Assembly (NCBI GenBank): GCA_963843845.1
Contig: CAWJMB010000002.1
Span: 96,001-160,000, forward strand
Source of the DNA: an uncultured Gemmatimonadaceae bacterium
Lineage (GTDB): Bacteria; Gemmatimonadota; Gemmatimonadetes; Gemmatimonadales; Gemmatimonadaceae
Direction: 5' to 3'
Length of the DNA stretch: 64,000 nt
Under the pieces are notes generated by a model. The model made no database searches. It worked only from the letters and a program-made list of their open reading frames with translations, and had not been told where the DNA came from. A program made the position numbers and the translations under genes. Positions 29,651 to 39,598 of the stretch are shown piece by piece. Within the stretch, counting starts at the first letter, position 1. Every line of letters starts with the position of its first letter.

Positions 29651-29920
29651 CCGGTCTTCCCACACGCTGTGCACACGACCGGGCACGGCGGGCGCCGGAC
29701 ATCCACACCGGTGGCGGGGCGCGGCGGGAGTCCACATCGCCGTCCACACGTCATCCACGCGCCAACTCGTTCTCCGGCAGTGAGTTCGGCCGCCTCTCCC
29801 CGAGTCCACAATCTCTACTGGTACTACTGGGTTTTAGATCTATAAAGAACAGCTAGATAGCAGAGCGACGGCTGTGTATTCTGCGCCGAGCGCCCTGACC
29901 TCTTTCATCCCGTCTCCTCG
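29651..29920. other. Replication origin oriC (dnaA-dnaN intergenic)
   Basis: Co-oriented degenerate boxes ending CCACA/CCACG at 29656, 29699, 29728, 29740, 29751, 29802, then TACTGGTACTACTG and AT-rich TTTTAGATCTATAAAGAA. Confidence 0.85.
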
Positions 29921-31033
29921 ATGCGGTTCACGATCTCGCGAGAGAAGTTGCAGGAAGGCCTCGGCGCCGTCGCGGCGAGCATCCCGGCGAAGACGACGCT
30001 CCCGGTGCTCTCGAACATCCTGCTCGAGACGACCGACCGCGGGATCCGGCTCTCGGGGACCGACCTCGACATCGCGGTGAGCACGGAAGTCGCGGCCGAC
30101 GTCGAGACGCAGGGCGCGATCACGATCCCGGCGAAGAAGCTGAGCGAGATCGCGCGCGAGCTGCCGCCGTCGCCGGTGAAGATGTCGGCGAGCGGGGAGC
30201 AGCGGATCAGCCTCGAGTGCGGTCGGTCGCGCTTCAAGCTGCTCGGGCTGCCGAAAGACGAGTTCCCGGCGTTCCCCGGGGTGAAGTTCGACGAGAGCTG
30301 GCGGGTGAAGAGCGGCGAGCTGCAGAAGCTCATCATGCACACGGCGTTCGCGGTGAGCACGGAGGAGAGTCGCCCGATCCTGAACGGGGTGCTGTGGGAG
30401 CTGCGGCCCGACCGGATGCGCATGGTCGCGACGAACGGGCACCGGCTGGCGAAGATGGAGGAGCCGATCGCGTCGAGCGGCGGCCAGCAGGGCGACCTCA
30501 TCGTGCCGCCGAAGGCGCTCGAGCAGATCCGCCGACTGTTCCCGGCCGACGAGGAGCTCGAGATCGCGCGCGGCGACAATCACCTCGGCTTCCGCTCGCC
30601 GGTGACGTCGGTGTTCACGCGACTGATCGAGGGGCCGTACCCGCCGTACGAGCAGGTCATCCCGAAGGACAACGACAAGGTCGCGATCGCCGACAAGGCG
30701 TCGCTGACGCAGGCACTGAAGCGCATGTCGGTCGTCGCGAGCGACCAGACGCACCGCATCCGACTGTCGTTCAATACGGGGATGCTCAAGTTCTCCGTGC
30801 AGACGCCGGACCTGGGCGAGGCACAGGACGAGCTGCCGATCCGCTACGAGGGGGACCAGCTCGACATCGGGTTCAACGCGTCGTACCTGCTCGAGATCCT
30901 GCGCTTCATGCCGACCGAAGAAGTGAAGCTGACGTTCCGGGCGCCGGAGCGGGCGGCGACGATCGAGCCGGAGGGGTGGGACGACCCGGGACAGTATCTG
31001 TGTCTGGTGATGCCGCTGCGGCTCATGGACTGA
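29921..31033 (+). CDS. dnaN: DNA polymerase III beta sliding clamp
   Basis: TTLPVLSNILL, GTDLDI, SRPILNGV, VATNGHRL, TRLIEGPYPPYEQVIP, IGFNASYL, LVMPLRL. Confidence 0.99.
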   Translation: MRFTISREKLQEGLGAVAASIPAKTTLPVLSNILLETTDRGIRLSGTDLDIAVSTEVAADVETQGAITIPAKKLSEIARELPPSPVKMSASGEQRISLECGRSRFKLLGLPKDEFPAFPGVKFDESWRVKSGELQKLIMHTAFAVSTEESRPILNGVLWELRPDRMRMVATNGHRLAKMEEPIASSGGQQGDLIVPPKALEQIRRLFPADEELEIARGDNHLGFRSPVTSVFTRLIEGPYPPYEQVIPKDNDKVAIADKASLTQALKRMSVVASDQTHRIRLSFNTGMLKFSVQTPDLGEAQDELPIRYEGDQLDIGFNASYLLEILRFMPTEEVKLTFRAPERAATIEPEGWDDPGQYLCLVMPLRLMD

Positions 31034-31087
31034 CGCGGCGGCTTCGGTTTCGTGCGGGGGTCCGACCCGCGCTCCCCGCTATGACAG

Positions 31088-31122
31088 CGCCCGCCGACGA
31101 GTCATCGTCGGCGGGCGTTCTC
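31088..31122 (+). terminator. Terminator-like hairpin after dnaN
   Basis: CGCCCGCCGACGA-GTCA-TCGTCGGCGGGCG followed by TTCTC. Confidence 0.7.
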
Positions 31123-31304
31123 GTCTCGCATTCGCACACCGATCTCTCATGCCGAGAGCGAAGTCACAGCCTGCCGACACGACGGCGCGCCGGCTCGTGA
31201 TCCACCTGTGAGCCACGACCTGGCGCCTCTGTAGCCGATCAACTCCAAGCGCGAACCGCGAGCCCCCTGATCGCCGGTTCGGCAGCTATCTCCCCGAGGC
31301 ACTC

Positions 31305-31820
31305 ATGGAGCTCCGCACCGACCGGTGTACGCTGCGCCCGTTCCGGTTCGCCGACGCGGCGAGCGTCGCGCGGCACGCCGACAACCGGCAGATCTGGCTC
31401 AATCTGCGCGACCTGTTCCCCCACCCCTACACGGTCGCCGACGCCGAGCGGTACGTGGCGCGGGTGGCCGCGGAGATGCCGGTCACCCGGTTCGCGATCG
31501 ACGTGGGCGGCGAGGCGGTCGGCAGTGTGAGCCTGAAGCTCGGCAGCGACGTCGAGCGCCGGTCGGCCGAGATCGGGTACTGGCTCGGGGAGGCGTACTG
31601 GGGGCGGGGGATCATGAGCGCAGCGGTCGGTGCCGTGACCGCGTACGCGCACCGGGAGCTGGACCTGCTGCGGGTCTTCGCGGTCCCGTTCGCTCGGAAC
31701 CCGGCGTCGGTGCGGGTGCTGGAGCGGGCAGGCTATCGACGTGAGGGGGTCATGCGACGGAGCGCGGTCAAGGACGGCGAGATCCTCGATCAGTACCTGT
31801 ACGCCGCGGTCCGCGAGTGA
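31305..31820 (+). CDS. GNAT acetyltransferase, RimJ/RimL type
   Basis: NLRDLFPHPYT, AEIGYWLGEAYWGRGIMS, NPASVRVLERAGY. Confidence 0.9.
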   Translation: MELRTDRCTLRPFRFADAASVARHADNRQIWLNLRDLFPHPYTVADAERYVARVAAEMPVTRFAIDVGGEAVGSVSLKLGSDVERRSAEIGYWLGEAYWGRGIMSAAVGAVTAYAHRELDLLRVFAVPFARNPASVRVLERAGYRREGVMRRSAVKDGEILDQYLYAAVRE

Positions 31821-31861
31821 TGAATGCCGAGCGACGAGCGATGCCCGAACGCCGAGAATCC

Positions 31862-32191
31862 ATGATCGTCCGTACCTGGCGCGCGAGCGCCGCGACCGAC
31901 CGGCGGCACAGCTACCCGGAGCACTTCGCCGCCGCCGTCCTCCCGGCGCTCCGCTCGGTGCCGGGCTTCCTCGGCGCCTACCTGCTGGAGCGCGAGGTCG
32001 GCGCGGAGGTCGAGTTCGTCGTGCAGTCGCTGTGGGCGTCGGCGGAGGCGGTCGCCGGGTTCGCCGGCCCGCAGCCGCTGGTCGCGGTGGTGCACCCCGA
32101 GGCGGCGGCGCTGCTGCTGCGGTATGACGAGACGGTCACGCACCACGTCGTGCTCGCGGCGCCCGACGGACCGCCGTCGCCCGCCGCCTGA
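31862..32191 (+). CDS. Antibiotic biosynthesis monooxygenase (ABM)-like protein
   Basis: MIVRTW, VLPALRSVPGFLGAYLL, EFVVQSLWAS...FAG. Confidence 0.8.
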   Translation: MIVRTWRASAATDRRHSYPEHFAAAVLPALRSVPGFLGAYLLEREVGAEVEFVVQSLWASAEAVAGFAGPQPLVAVVHPEAAALLLRYDETVTHHVVLAAPDGPPSPAA

Positions 32192-32220
32192 CGAGAGGCA
32201 CGGACGCAGCAGCGCCAGCG

Positions 32221-32720
32221 CTCGTGGCGATTCACCTGCTTCGGCGCGATGACGCTCCTCGCCGTGCTGGCCGGATTCGGGCGCACGGACGCCGTTCCGA
32301 TGACGCAGGGCCGCTTCTCGGCGCCGCTGGTGATCCACCTCCACGGGGCGCTCGCGTTCGCCTGGGTGCTGCCGTTCCTGATCCGGCCGCTTCTCGTGCG
32401 GTGGGACGGTCGCGATGGCACTGACGCCTCGGGTGGGTCGGGCTCCCGCTCGCGAGTGGCGTGGCGGTGACCATGCTGCCGGCCGGCGTCGTGCAGGCCA
32501 CGCGAGAGGCGCGCGCCGACGCCGGGGCCGACGGGGATCTCCTCGCTCCTCCCGCCACTGGTTTCCGGACGTGCCGCGCGCGGACATCTGGTTCACCCTC
32601 GTGCTCGTCGACGTGTGGATCGTGGCGGCGCAGTGGTGTCACGACGTCCTGGGCACCCTCGGCGCGACCGGCTCCCGACGAGATCGCTGTGCGACGTGGC
32701 TGTGCGATGTGGCGGACGCG
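32221..32720 (+). pseudogene. Degenerate membrane-protein gene remnant
   Basis: Hydrophobic pieces in different frames (LLAVLAGFGRT, VIHLHGALAFAWVL, IWFTLVLVDVWIV); no intact frame. Confidence 0.45.
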
Positions 32721-32736
32721 GGCGAGGCAGTACCGC

Positions 32737-33411
32737 TTACCGACGGTACTCGCGAACGACGCGCGCGTCGACGATGTAGTCGAGCCGCGGGAAGACGCGG
32801 CGCAGATAGGCGTTGCCCTGCCTGCCCAACGAATCCTGCGACGGGCCCGGGAACGTCTGCCCGCCGCGCGTCCCCGAGTACTCCCAGTTCAGCGAGTCGA
32901 GCACCGCGATCCCGTCGATGACGCGGCCGATCGGCGGGAAGCCGAAGCCGTTCAGCGTGTCGAGGCGCGCGTTGTCGACGAGGTTGAAGAACAGTTGCGT
33001 CGATCGGGTGTTCGCGCCGCCGCGCGCGAAGGCCAGCGTGCCGCGCACGTTCGACGTGCGCACGGTGTCGTCGGGGATGCCGGTGCCGCGCCAGGCGCGC
33101 GAGACGGCGGTGTCGCCGTGGATGCCGAACTGCGCGACGAACTTGTTGATCGTGCGGTGGAACGCGACGTCGCGGAAGAAGCCGTGCCGTACGAGTCCGT
33201 AGAAGCGGTCGGCGCCGCGCGGCGACCAGTCGCGCCGAGTGCGGACGAGCATCGTCCCTTTCGTCGTGCGGACGGCGACGTCGAAGGAGTCGGGGGCCGC
33301 GCGGAGGAACGCCGGGTCGCGCGGCGTCCTGATCGACGCCCGGTGGGCGCACGCGGCGGCGAGGAGCAGGATGCCGGCGCATGCGGCGAGGCGAACATTG
33401 GTCGGCGTCAT
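32737..33411 (-). CDS. Cyclophilin-type peptidyl-prolyl isomerase (lipoprotein)
   Basis: LAAAC lipobox; WSPRGADRFY, FHRTINKFVAQFGI, RGTLAFA, RSTQLFFNLVDN. Confidence 0.92.
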   Translation of the reverse strand: MTPTNVRLAACAGILLLAAACAHRASIRTPRDPAFLRAAPDSFDVAVRTTKGTMLVRTRRDWSPRGADRFYGLVRHGFFRDVAFHRTINKFVAQFGIHGDTAVSRAWRGTGIPDDTVRTSNVRGTLAFARGGANTRSTQLFFNLVDNARLDTLNGFGFPPIGRVIDGIAVLDSLNWEYSGTRGGQTFPGPSQDSLGRQGNAYLRRVFPRLDYIVDARVVREYRR

Positions 33412-33472
33412 GCGACATTATAGCCACGACGTCCACACCCTTCTCTGCCGCGTAGACCAGTCGCACCGTTCC

Positions 33473-33883
33473 ATGCACCCCATTCGTCGCTCGTTCATCG
33501 CCGCGCTGCTGCTCTCGACCGCCGCCTGCTCCACGACCCCGCGCCCCGCGCAGCAGCTTCCTCCCGAACGCGGCGTTCGCACCGACTCGGTCGTCGTGCG
33601 CGTCGCGAACCGCGACCCGCGCCCACTCGCTCTCGCCGTCGCGCGCGAGGGGGTGCAGACGGCGCTCGGCGAGGTGGGGGCGAACGCCGACGCGCGGTTC
33701 GCGGTCCCCGCTGCCGTCGCCGCCGGCGCCCCGATCGCGCTCGTCGCGACGGCGAGCCGCGAGACGGTGCGGACGGCGCCGTTCTCCGTGCGCGCCGGGC
33801 AGGTGATCTGGTACGACATCGCCCCGGGCCTCGTCGGCAGCCGGGCGCGCGTGCGGTGGCCGGAAGAGGGGCGGCCGCGGTGA
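33473..33883 (+). CDS. Hypothetical lipoprotein
   Basis: MHPIRRSFIAALLLSTAAC lipobox; beta-rich mature part. Confidence 0.7.
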   Translation: MHPIRRSFIAALLLSTAACSTTPRPAQQLPPERGVRTDSVVVRVANRDPRPLALAVAREGVQTALGEVGANADARFAVPAAVAAGAPIALVATASRETVRTAPFSVRAGQVIWYDIAPGLVGSRARVRWPEEGRPR

Positions 33884-33941
33884 GAGCGCGTCCCTCCCCG
33901 GCAGCTCTCCCTCGGCACTTCCCCGCTCCACAGGACCACTC

Positions 33942-35333
33942 GTGACATCGTTCGACTACGACCTCGTCGTCATCGGCAGCGGACCCGCCGGTCAGAAGGG
34001 CGCCATCGCCGCGGCGAAGCTCGGCAAGCGCGTCGCGATCACCGACCGGCAGGAGATGGTCGGCGGCGTGTGTCTGCACACCGGGACGATCCCGAGCAAG
34101 ACGATGCGCGAGGCCGTGCTGTACCTGAGCGGGTTCCGGCAGCGCACGTTCTACGGCAGGGACTACGTCGTGAGCGACCGCATCGGCGCGCGCGACCTCG
34201 CGCACCGCGTCAACGCGGTCATCGGGCGCGAGACCGAGGTCGTGCGCAACCAGCTCCGCCGCAACGGCGTGACGACGCTCGCCGGCACGGTGCGCTTCGT
34301 CGACCCGCACACGCTCGAGATCGCGTCGAGCACGGGGGCGACGACGCGCGTGTCGGCCGGGCACGTGCTGATCGCCTGCGGCACCCGCGCGGCGCGCAAC
34401 GACGCGATCCCGGTCGACGGCGTGCGCGTCTTCGACGCCGATCAGGTGCCGTGCGTGCAGGAGCTGCCGCGCGAGCTCATCGTCGTCGGCGCCGGCGTCA
34501 TCGGGCTCGAGTACGCGTCGATGTTCACGGCGCTCGACATCAAGGTCACGATCATCGACCAGCGCCCGACGCTGCTCGACTTCGTCGACCGCGAGCTGAT
34601 CGAGGGCCTGCTCTATCACCTGCGCCGCCGGGGGGCGACGATGCGGCTCGGCGAGACGGTCGCGTCGGTCGGGCTCGACGAGAAGGGGCGCGTCGAGGCG
34701 GTGCTGGAGAGCGGGAAGCGGGTGCGCGGCCAGGCGCTGCTGTATGCGGTCGGCCGGCAGTCGAACAGCGACCTGCTGCACCTCGGCGCGGCCGGCCTCG
34801 CTACCGAGTCGCGCGGCCGCGTCGCGGTGAACGCGCACTTCCAGACGTCGGTGCCGCACATCTACGCGGCCGGCGACGTCATCGGCTTTCCGTCGCTCGC
34901 CTCGGCGTCCACGGAGCAGGGGCGGTTGGCGAGCGCCCACATGTTCGGCGTGCCGCACCGGCCGCTCGTCGCCGATTTATTGCCGTACGGCATCTATACC
35001 ATCCCCGAGATGTCGATGGTGGGGCGCACCGAGCAGCAGCTCACCGACGCCCGCGTGCCGTACGAGGTCGGCGTGGCGAAGTACGAGGAGCTGGCGAAGG
35101 GGCAGATCCTCGGCGACGACACGGGGATGCTGAAGCTCCTGTTCTGCCCCGACTCGCTGCGGCTGCTCGGCGTGCACGTGATCGGCGAGGGGGCGACCGA
35201 GCTGATCCACATCGGGCAGGCGGTGCTCGCGTTAGGCGGCACGATCGAGTACTTCCGCGACTCGGTGTTCAACTACCCGACGCTCGCCGAGGCGTACAAG
35301 GTCGCGGCGCTGGCGGGGCTCAACCGGCTGTAG
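33942..35333 (+). CDS. sthA: Soluble pyridine nucleotide transhydrogenase
   Basis: IGSGPAG, GGVCLHTGTIPSK (second Cys replaced by Thr), GAGVIGLEY, GDVIGFPSLAS, VFNYPTLAEAYKVAA. Confidence 0.95.
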   Translation: MTSFDYDLVVIGSGPAGQKGAIAAAKLGKRVAITDRQEMVGGVCLHTGTIPSKTMREAVLYLSGFRQRTFYGRDYVVSDRIGARDLAHRVNAVIGRETEVVRNQLRRNGVTTLAGTVRFVDPHTLEIASSTGATTRVSAGHVLIACGTRAARNDAIPVDGVRVFDADQVPCVQELPRELIVVGAGVIGLEYASMFTALDIKVTIIDQRPTLLDFVDRELIEGLLYHLRRRGATMRLGETVASVGLDEKGRVEAVLESGKRVRGQALLYAVGRQSNSDLLHLGAAGLATESRGRVAVNAHFQTSVPHIYAAGDVIGFPSLASASTEQGRLASAHMFGVPHRPLVADLLPYGIYTIPEMSMVGRTEQQLTDARVPYEVGVAKYEELAKGQILGDDTGMLKLLFCPDSLRLLGVHVIGEGATELIHIGQAVLALGGTIEYFRDSVFNYPTLAEAYKVAALAGLNRL

Positions 35334-35340
35334 CGCGACG

Positions 35341-35385
35341 CCGCGGCTCGACACCGCGGCTCGACACCGCGGCTCGACACCGCGG
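35341..35385. repeat. 13-bp tandem repeat CCGCGGCTCGACA x3.5
   Basis: Directly after the sthA stop codon. Confidence 0.8.
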
Positions 35386-35491
35386 CGCGACGGCTCGTCC
35401 CGCGCGACGCCCCGCCGGGACGCGGCGCGCGCATGTTGCGCGATGCGCGCGGCACGCGGCCGCGCGCGCGGCGCCCTCCGCGAGGTCCGTC

Positions 35492-36247
35492 ATGCGTCAC
35501 CCCGCTCCACGGTTCGCGGCGCGCCTGCTCGCCGCCGCGCTGCTCGCGTTTCCCGGCTGCGGCTCCGGCGCCGGGCCGACGGCGTCGCGGCCCGACGGCG
35601 GCGTGCACGTGCTGTTCGTCGGCAACAGCCTCACGTACACGAACGCGCTGCCGCGCACGCTCGCCGACCTCGCGGCGACGACGGGGGACACGATCCGCGC
35701 GGCGAGCGTCGCGTACCCGGACTTCGCGCTCGTCGACCACCTCGCGAACGGCGCCGCGGCGCGGGCGATCGCGGCGGGCGGGTGGCGCTACGTCGTGCTG
35801 CAGCAGGGGCCGTCGTCGGTGCAGGCGAACCGCGACTCGCTCGTCGACATGACGCGCCGCTTCGACGCCGCCATCCGCGCGGCGGGCGCGCGCACCGCGC
35901 TGCTCAGCGTGTGGCCGCAGACGGTGAACCTCTCGACGTTCGACCGGGCGATCGAGTCGTACCGGCTCGCGGCGGCGGCGGTGGACGGGCTCTACCTCCC
36001 CGTCGGCCTCGCCTGGCAGCTGGCGCTCGCGCGCGCGCCGGCGCCGCCGCTCTACGCGCCCGACGGGCTGCACCCGAGCCCGTTAGGCACCTACCTCGCC
36101 GCGCTCGTCATCTACGAGCGGTTCACGGGGAAGGACGCGCGGCTGCTGCCGCCGCGCGCCGTCGTCGACGGGCGCGACGTCGGGGCCGCGGAGGCGGTCG
36201 TGCGGGCGCTGCAGCAGGCGGCGCACGACGCGAACGCGGCGTCGTAG
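35492..36247 (+). CDS. SGNH/GDSL-like hydrolase, probable lipoprotein
   Basis: VLFVGNSLTY, YVVLQQG, PVGLAW, DGLHPSPLGTYLAA; signal ending FPGC. Confidence 0.85.
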   Translation: MRHPAPRFAARLLAAALLAFPGCGSGAGPTASRPDGGVHVLFVGNSLTYTNALPRTLADLAATTGDTIRAASVAYPDFALVDHLANGAAARAIAAGGWRYVVLQQGPSSVQANRDSLVDMTRRFDAAIRAAGARTALLSVWPQTVNLSTFDRAIESYRLAAAAVDGLYLPVGLAWQLALARAPAPPLYAPDGLHPSPLGTYLAALVIYERFTGKDARLLPPRAVVDGRDVGAAEAVVRALQQAAHDANAAS

Positions 36248-36253
36248 TGAGAG

Positions 36254-36383
36254 AGCCTGTAGTGATCTGACGGAAGGAACCGAAGGAACGGAAAGAACTC
36301 GAAGGGCTGGGCAGGAGCACGTACCGAGCACTTCGGGTTCCTTCCTGTTCCTCCGGTTCCTTCCGTGAAATCCACTACAGGCT
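36254..36383. repeat. Long palindrome, GGAAGGAAC family (copy 1)
   Basis: AGCCTGTAGTG..ACGGAAGGAACCGAAGGAAC / GTTCCTCCGGTTCCTTCCGT..CACTACAGGCT between convergent genes. Confidence 0.85.
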
Positions 36384-37469
36384 TCCGTCCGGAAAGCCGA
36401 GCCGGCGCAGGAGGAGCGCGAACGCGTCGGGCGGAAGGTGGCCGCCGCTCGCCTGGTCGTGGCCGTGGCCGAAGCGGCCGTGATAGTCGCCGATCGAGCC
36501 CAGATCGATCGACTGGAGCAGCGCCGGCAGGCTCAGGTCGGTGCGCGCGGTGCGCATGCTGAACGCGATCCCGTCGGCGACGTAGCCGTCGTTCGCGGCG
36601 AGCACGGCGTGCCCCGGCAGTCGGCCGCGCCACTGCTGCGCGATGAGCGGGTGGATCTGACACGCCGAGTGCATGCGGAGCAGCGCGTATGGCCCGGTCG
36701 TGGAGAAGCGGGGCGCCGCGCGGCGCGCGACCGCGAGCGCCGCGTTCACCTCGGCGCGGTAGGCGCGCAGGCGGTCGGCGCCGCGCGCGACATCCTCGCT
36801 CACGGCGCGCGGACCGTCGACCTCCAGCAGCATGCGGAGCGGCGTCGCGACGTCGAACGCGCTCGCGCGGCGGGCCGCGTTCACGAGCACGACGGCCTCC
36901 TTGAGCCACTTCGCCGTGTAGCGGGTGCGCAGGGTGCCTAACGCCGGCCACGGCGCGCGCTCGCCGAGGTCGCTGATCGTGCCGACGGCGGCGAGCCACG
37001 CGAGGTCGTCGACGTCGGTGGTGCTCGCGAGCAGCTCGTAGGCGAGCCACGCCGAGGCGGGAATGGGGTCCCAGCCGTAGCCGGAGATCACGGTCGCGTT
37101 CTCGGTAGGCACCCCCGTCGGCCGGTGGTGGTCGACGTAGAGCGTCGGCACGTCCGGCAGCACGCCGGCCTCGTGCACGCCGAGGTCGGTGACGATCAGC
37201 GCGTCGGGGGCGAGGGCGCGGAGGCGGGCGCGCGCCTCGTCGGAGAACGCCGACTCGCCGCGCCCCGCCGGCACGACGTCGACGCGCGCGAAGCCGAGCC
37301 TCGGCAGCGCGCGGCCGAACAGCGCGCCGGCGGCGAGTCCGTCGGCGTCGTAGTGGCAGAAGACGACGACGCGGGCGTCGCGCGGGCGCGCGGCGAGGAA
37401 CGCGGCGACGCGCGCGCGGGCGTCGACGAGCGCGGTGTCGAGCGGGATCGGAGCGGGCGGTGCGGCCAT
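36375..37469 (-). CDS. DHH-family phosphoesterase (RecJ-like, short)
   Basis: HYDADGL, VTDLG, VDHH, GTISD, GHGHDQASG. Confidence 0.85.
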   Translation of the reverse strand: MAAPPAPIPLDTALVDARARVAAFLAARPRDARVVVFCHYDADGLAAGALFGRALPRLGFARVDVVPAGRGESAFSDEARARLRALAPDALIVTDLGVHEAGVLPDVPTLYVDHHRPTGVPTENATVISGYGWDPIPASAWLAYELLASTTDVDDLAWLAAVGTISDLGERAPWPALGTLRTRYTAKWLKEAVVLVNAARRASAFDVATPLRMLLEVDGPRAVSEDVARGADRLRAYRAEVNAALAVARRAAPRFSTTGPYALLRMHSACQIHPLIAQQWRGRLPGHAVLAANDGYVADGIAFSMRTARTDLSLPALLQSIDLGSIGDYHGRFGHGHDQASGGHLPPDAFALLLRRLGFPDGSL

Positions 37470-37499
37470 GGCCCGGCGCTGTGCCGGACTCGTGCCGCG

Positions 37500-37955
37500 T
37501 CAGCCCCCGAACTGCCGCAGGTGGTGGTCCAGGTGCTGGTACTGCAGCGCCGACCACTCGGCCGGCGTCATCGGCCCGAAGAAGAAGTGCGGCGCCGTCG
37601 TGCAGCCGCCCGGCCCGCCGGCGACGAAGCGGTCGAACGCGCCGAGCAGGCGCCTCTGCTCGGCCGCGAAGTCGCAGTCGCGCTCGTGTGTCACGAGGCT
37701 CGCGTCGGTCGGCGAGTTGCGCCGCATCGGCTGCTCGGTGCGCATCATCGACCGCTTGACGAAGCCCCCGATCAGCCGGCCGAGCCACATGCGCGGGATC
37801 GTGCGCTCGCCGAGCGAGAGCTCGACGCCGGCGGTGCAGTGAGCGAGCATCTGCGACGCGTTCATCTTCCCCCACTGACGGGGGCTGTCGGGGCGGAGGC
37901 GCTCGATGCGCGCCCGCGTCTCGTCGGCGATCGCCGGGTCGAAGAGATGTCTCAT
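37500..37955 (-). CDS. DUF1569 / DinB-like protein
   Basis: RQWGKMNASQMLAHC, HFFFGPMTPAEW, HLDHHLRQFG. Confidence 0.88.
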   Translation of the reverse strand: MRHLFDPAIADETRARIERLRPDSPRQWGKMNASQMLAHCTAGVELSLGERTIPRMWLGRLIGGFVKRSMMRTEQPMRRNSPTDASLVTHERDCDFAAEQRRLLGAFDRFVAGGPGGCTTAPHFFFGPMTPAEWSALQYQHLDHHLRQFGG

Positions 37956-37999
37956 GCGCATAGCATCCGCGCGCGCCGGACCGCGCGCAAGGCGCCGGC

Positions 38000-38975
38000 T
38001 CAGTGCCCTGGAACGAGCAGCACCTTGCCGACCGTGCGCCGCCCCTCGAGCGCGCGGTGCGCCTCCGCCGCCTGCGCGAGCGGGTACTCGGCGCCGATCT
38101 CGACGTGCAGCGCACCGCTCGCGATCCACGCGAACAGATCGCGTGCCCGCGACTCGAGCTCGTCGCGCGTGGCGACGTAGGCGCCGAGCGTCGGGCGCGT
38201 GAGGAAGAGGCTCCCCTTGCGGTTGAGGAGCTGCGGGTCGAACGGCGGCACCGGCCCGCTCGACTGGCCGAACAGCGCGAGCAGCCCGCGCGGCCGGAGC
38301 GCGTCGAGCGAGCGCCCGAACGTGGTCGCGCCGACCGAGTCGTAGACGACGTCGACGCCGGCGCCGTTCGTCAGCCGACGCGCCTCGGCCGCGAAGTCCT
38401 GCGTCGTGTAGTCGACCGCCGCGAGCGCGCCGGTCTCCAGGACGCGACGCCGCTTGTCGGGGGTCGAGGCGGTGCCGATCACCGCGGCGCCGCGCAGCCG
38501 CGCCATCTGGCAGAGCAGGAGGCCGACGCCACCCGCGGCGGCATGCACGAGGCACGTGTGCCCCCTGCCTAACGGAAACGTCGAGTGCGTCAGGTAGTGC
38601 GCGGTGAGCCCCTGCAGCCACACCGCGGCGGCGACGCGGGTGTCGACGCCGTCGGGGATCCGCACGACGCGCTCGGCGTCGGCGACCGTGCGCTCGGCGT
38701 AGGCGCCCTTCGCGTTCTGCGTGACGACGCGGTCGCCGGGGCGGAGGTCGCGCACGCCGCCGCCGACGGCGACGACGGTGCCGGCGACCTCGGTACCGGG
38801 GACGTACGGCAGGGCGGTGGGGTACAGCCCTTCGCGCACGTAGACGTCGATGAAGTTGACGCCGACCGCCTCGACGGCGATGGAGCACCTCGGTCGCGCC
38901 GGGCGTCGGGTCGGGGCGCTCTTCGAGGGCGAGCGTCTCGGGGCCGCCGGTCGTCCGTACGTGGATCGCGTTCAT
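38000..38975 (-). CDS. qor: NADPH:quinone oxidoreductase (frameshift near 38880)
   Basis: GGPETL, GVNFIDVY, LQGLTAHYL, HAAAGGVG, VYDSVG, FGQSSG, KGSLFLTRPTL. Confidence 0.92.
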
Positions 38976-39364
38976 CGCTCGGTCGTCGACGAGGGTGGGT
39001 GCGGCACGACGCGCACGGCGGTTCCGTAGCAGAGGACTTCGGAGACGCCGGACATGATCTCGGTCGCGTCGTAGCGGAGCGCGATGAGCGCGTTGGCGCC
39101 GAGGCTCTGCGCGTGCTCGATCGTGATCTCGAACGCGAGTCGCCGCGTCTGCTCGCACAGCTCGGTGAGCAGCGAGACCTCGCCCCCGCGCAGCTGCTGG
39201 AAGACGGCGCCGAGCGTCCCGAAGAGCGAGCGCGAGCGGACGGTGATGCCGCGGACGACGCCGTACGTCTCGATCACGTCGTATCCGTCGAGGGCGTTCG
39301 CGGTGGTCGTCTGGAACGCCGGCGCGCTCAGCGCGGCGCGGATGTCGCGCGGGACGTAGGGCAT
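38972..39364 (-). CDS. YbjQ/UPF0145 family protein
   Basis: GVVRGITVRSR, GGEV, LGANALIALRYD, EVLCYGTAV. Confidence 0.9.
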   Translation of the reverse strand: MPYVPRDIRAALSAPAFQTTTANALDGYDVIETYGVVRGITVRSRSLFGTLGAVFQQLRGGEVSLLTELCEQTRRLAFEITIEHAQSLGANALIALRYDATEIMSGVSEVLCYGTAVRVVPHPPSSTTER

Positions 39365-39385
39365 GCCCGGAATCTACGCCAGGCG

Positions 39386-39598
39386 CTAGAAGTTCATCCC
39401 GCCGGAGACGCGCAGCACCTGCCCGGTGACGTAGTTCGACTCGGGGATGCAGAACAGGTACACGCTGTTCGCCGCGTCCTCGGCGGTGCCCATGCGGCCT
39501 AGCGGGATTCGGTCATCTTCTGGATGACGCCGTCCCAGGTGACGCCGGCGTTGTTGACGATGACGTCGACGCCGCCGAATGCGTCGAGCGCGGTCTGC
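39386..39598 (-). pseudogene. 3-oxoacyl-ACP reductase-like SDR remnant with internal deletion
   Basis: ALDAFGGVDVIVNNAGVTWDGVIQKMT joined directly (frame change) to IPLGRMGTAEDAANSVYLFCIPESNYVTGQVL; N-terminus and YxxxK region absent. Confidence 0.8.
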
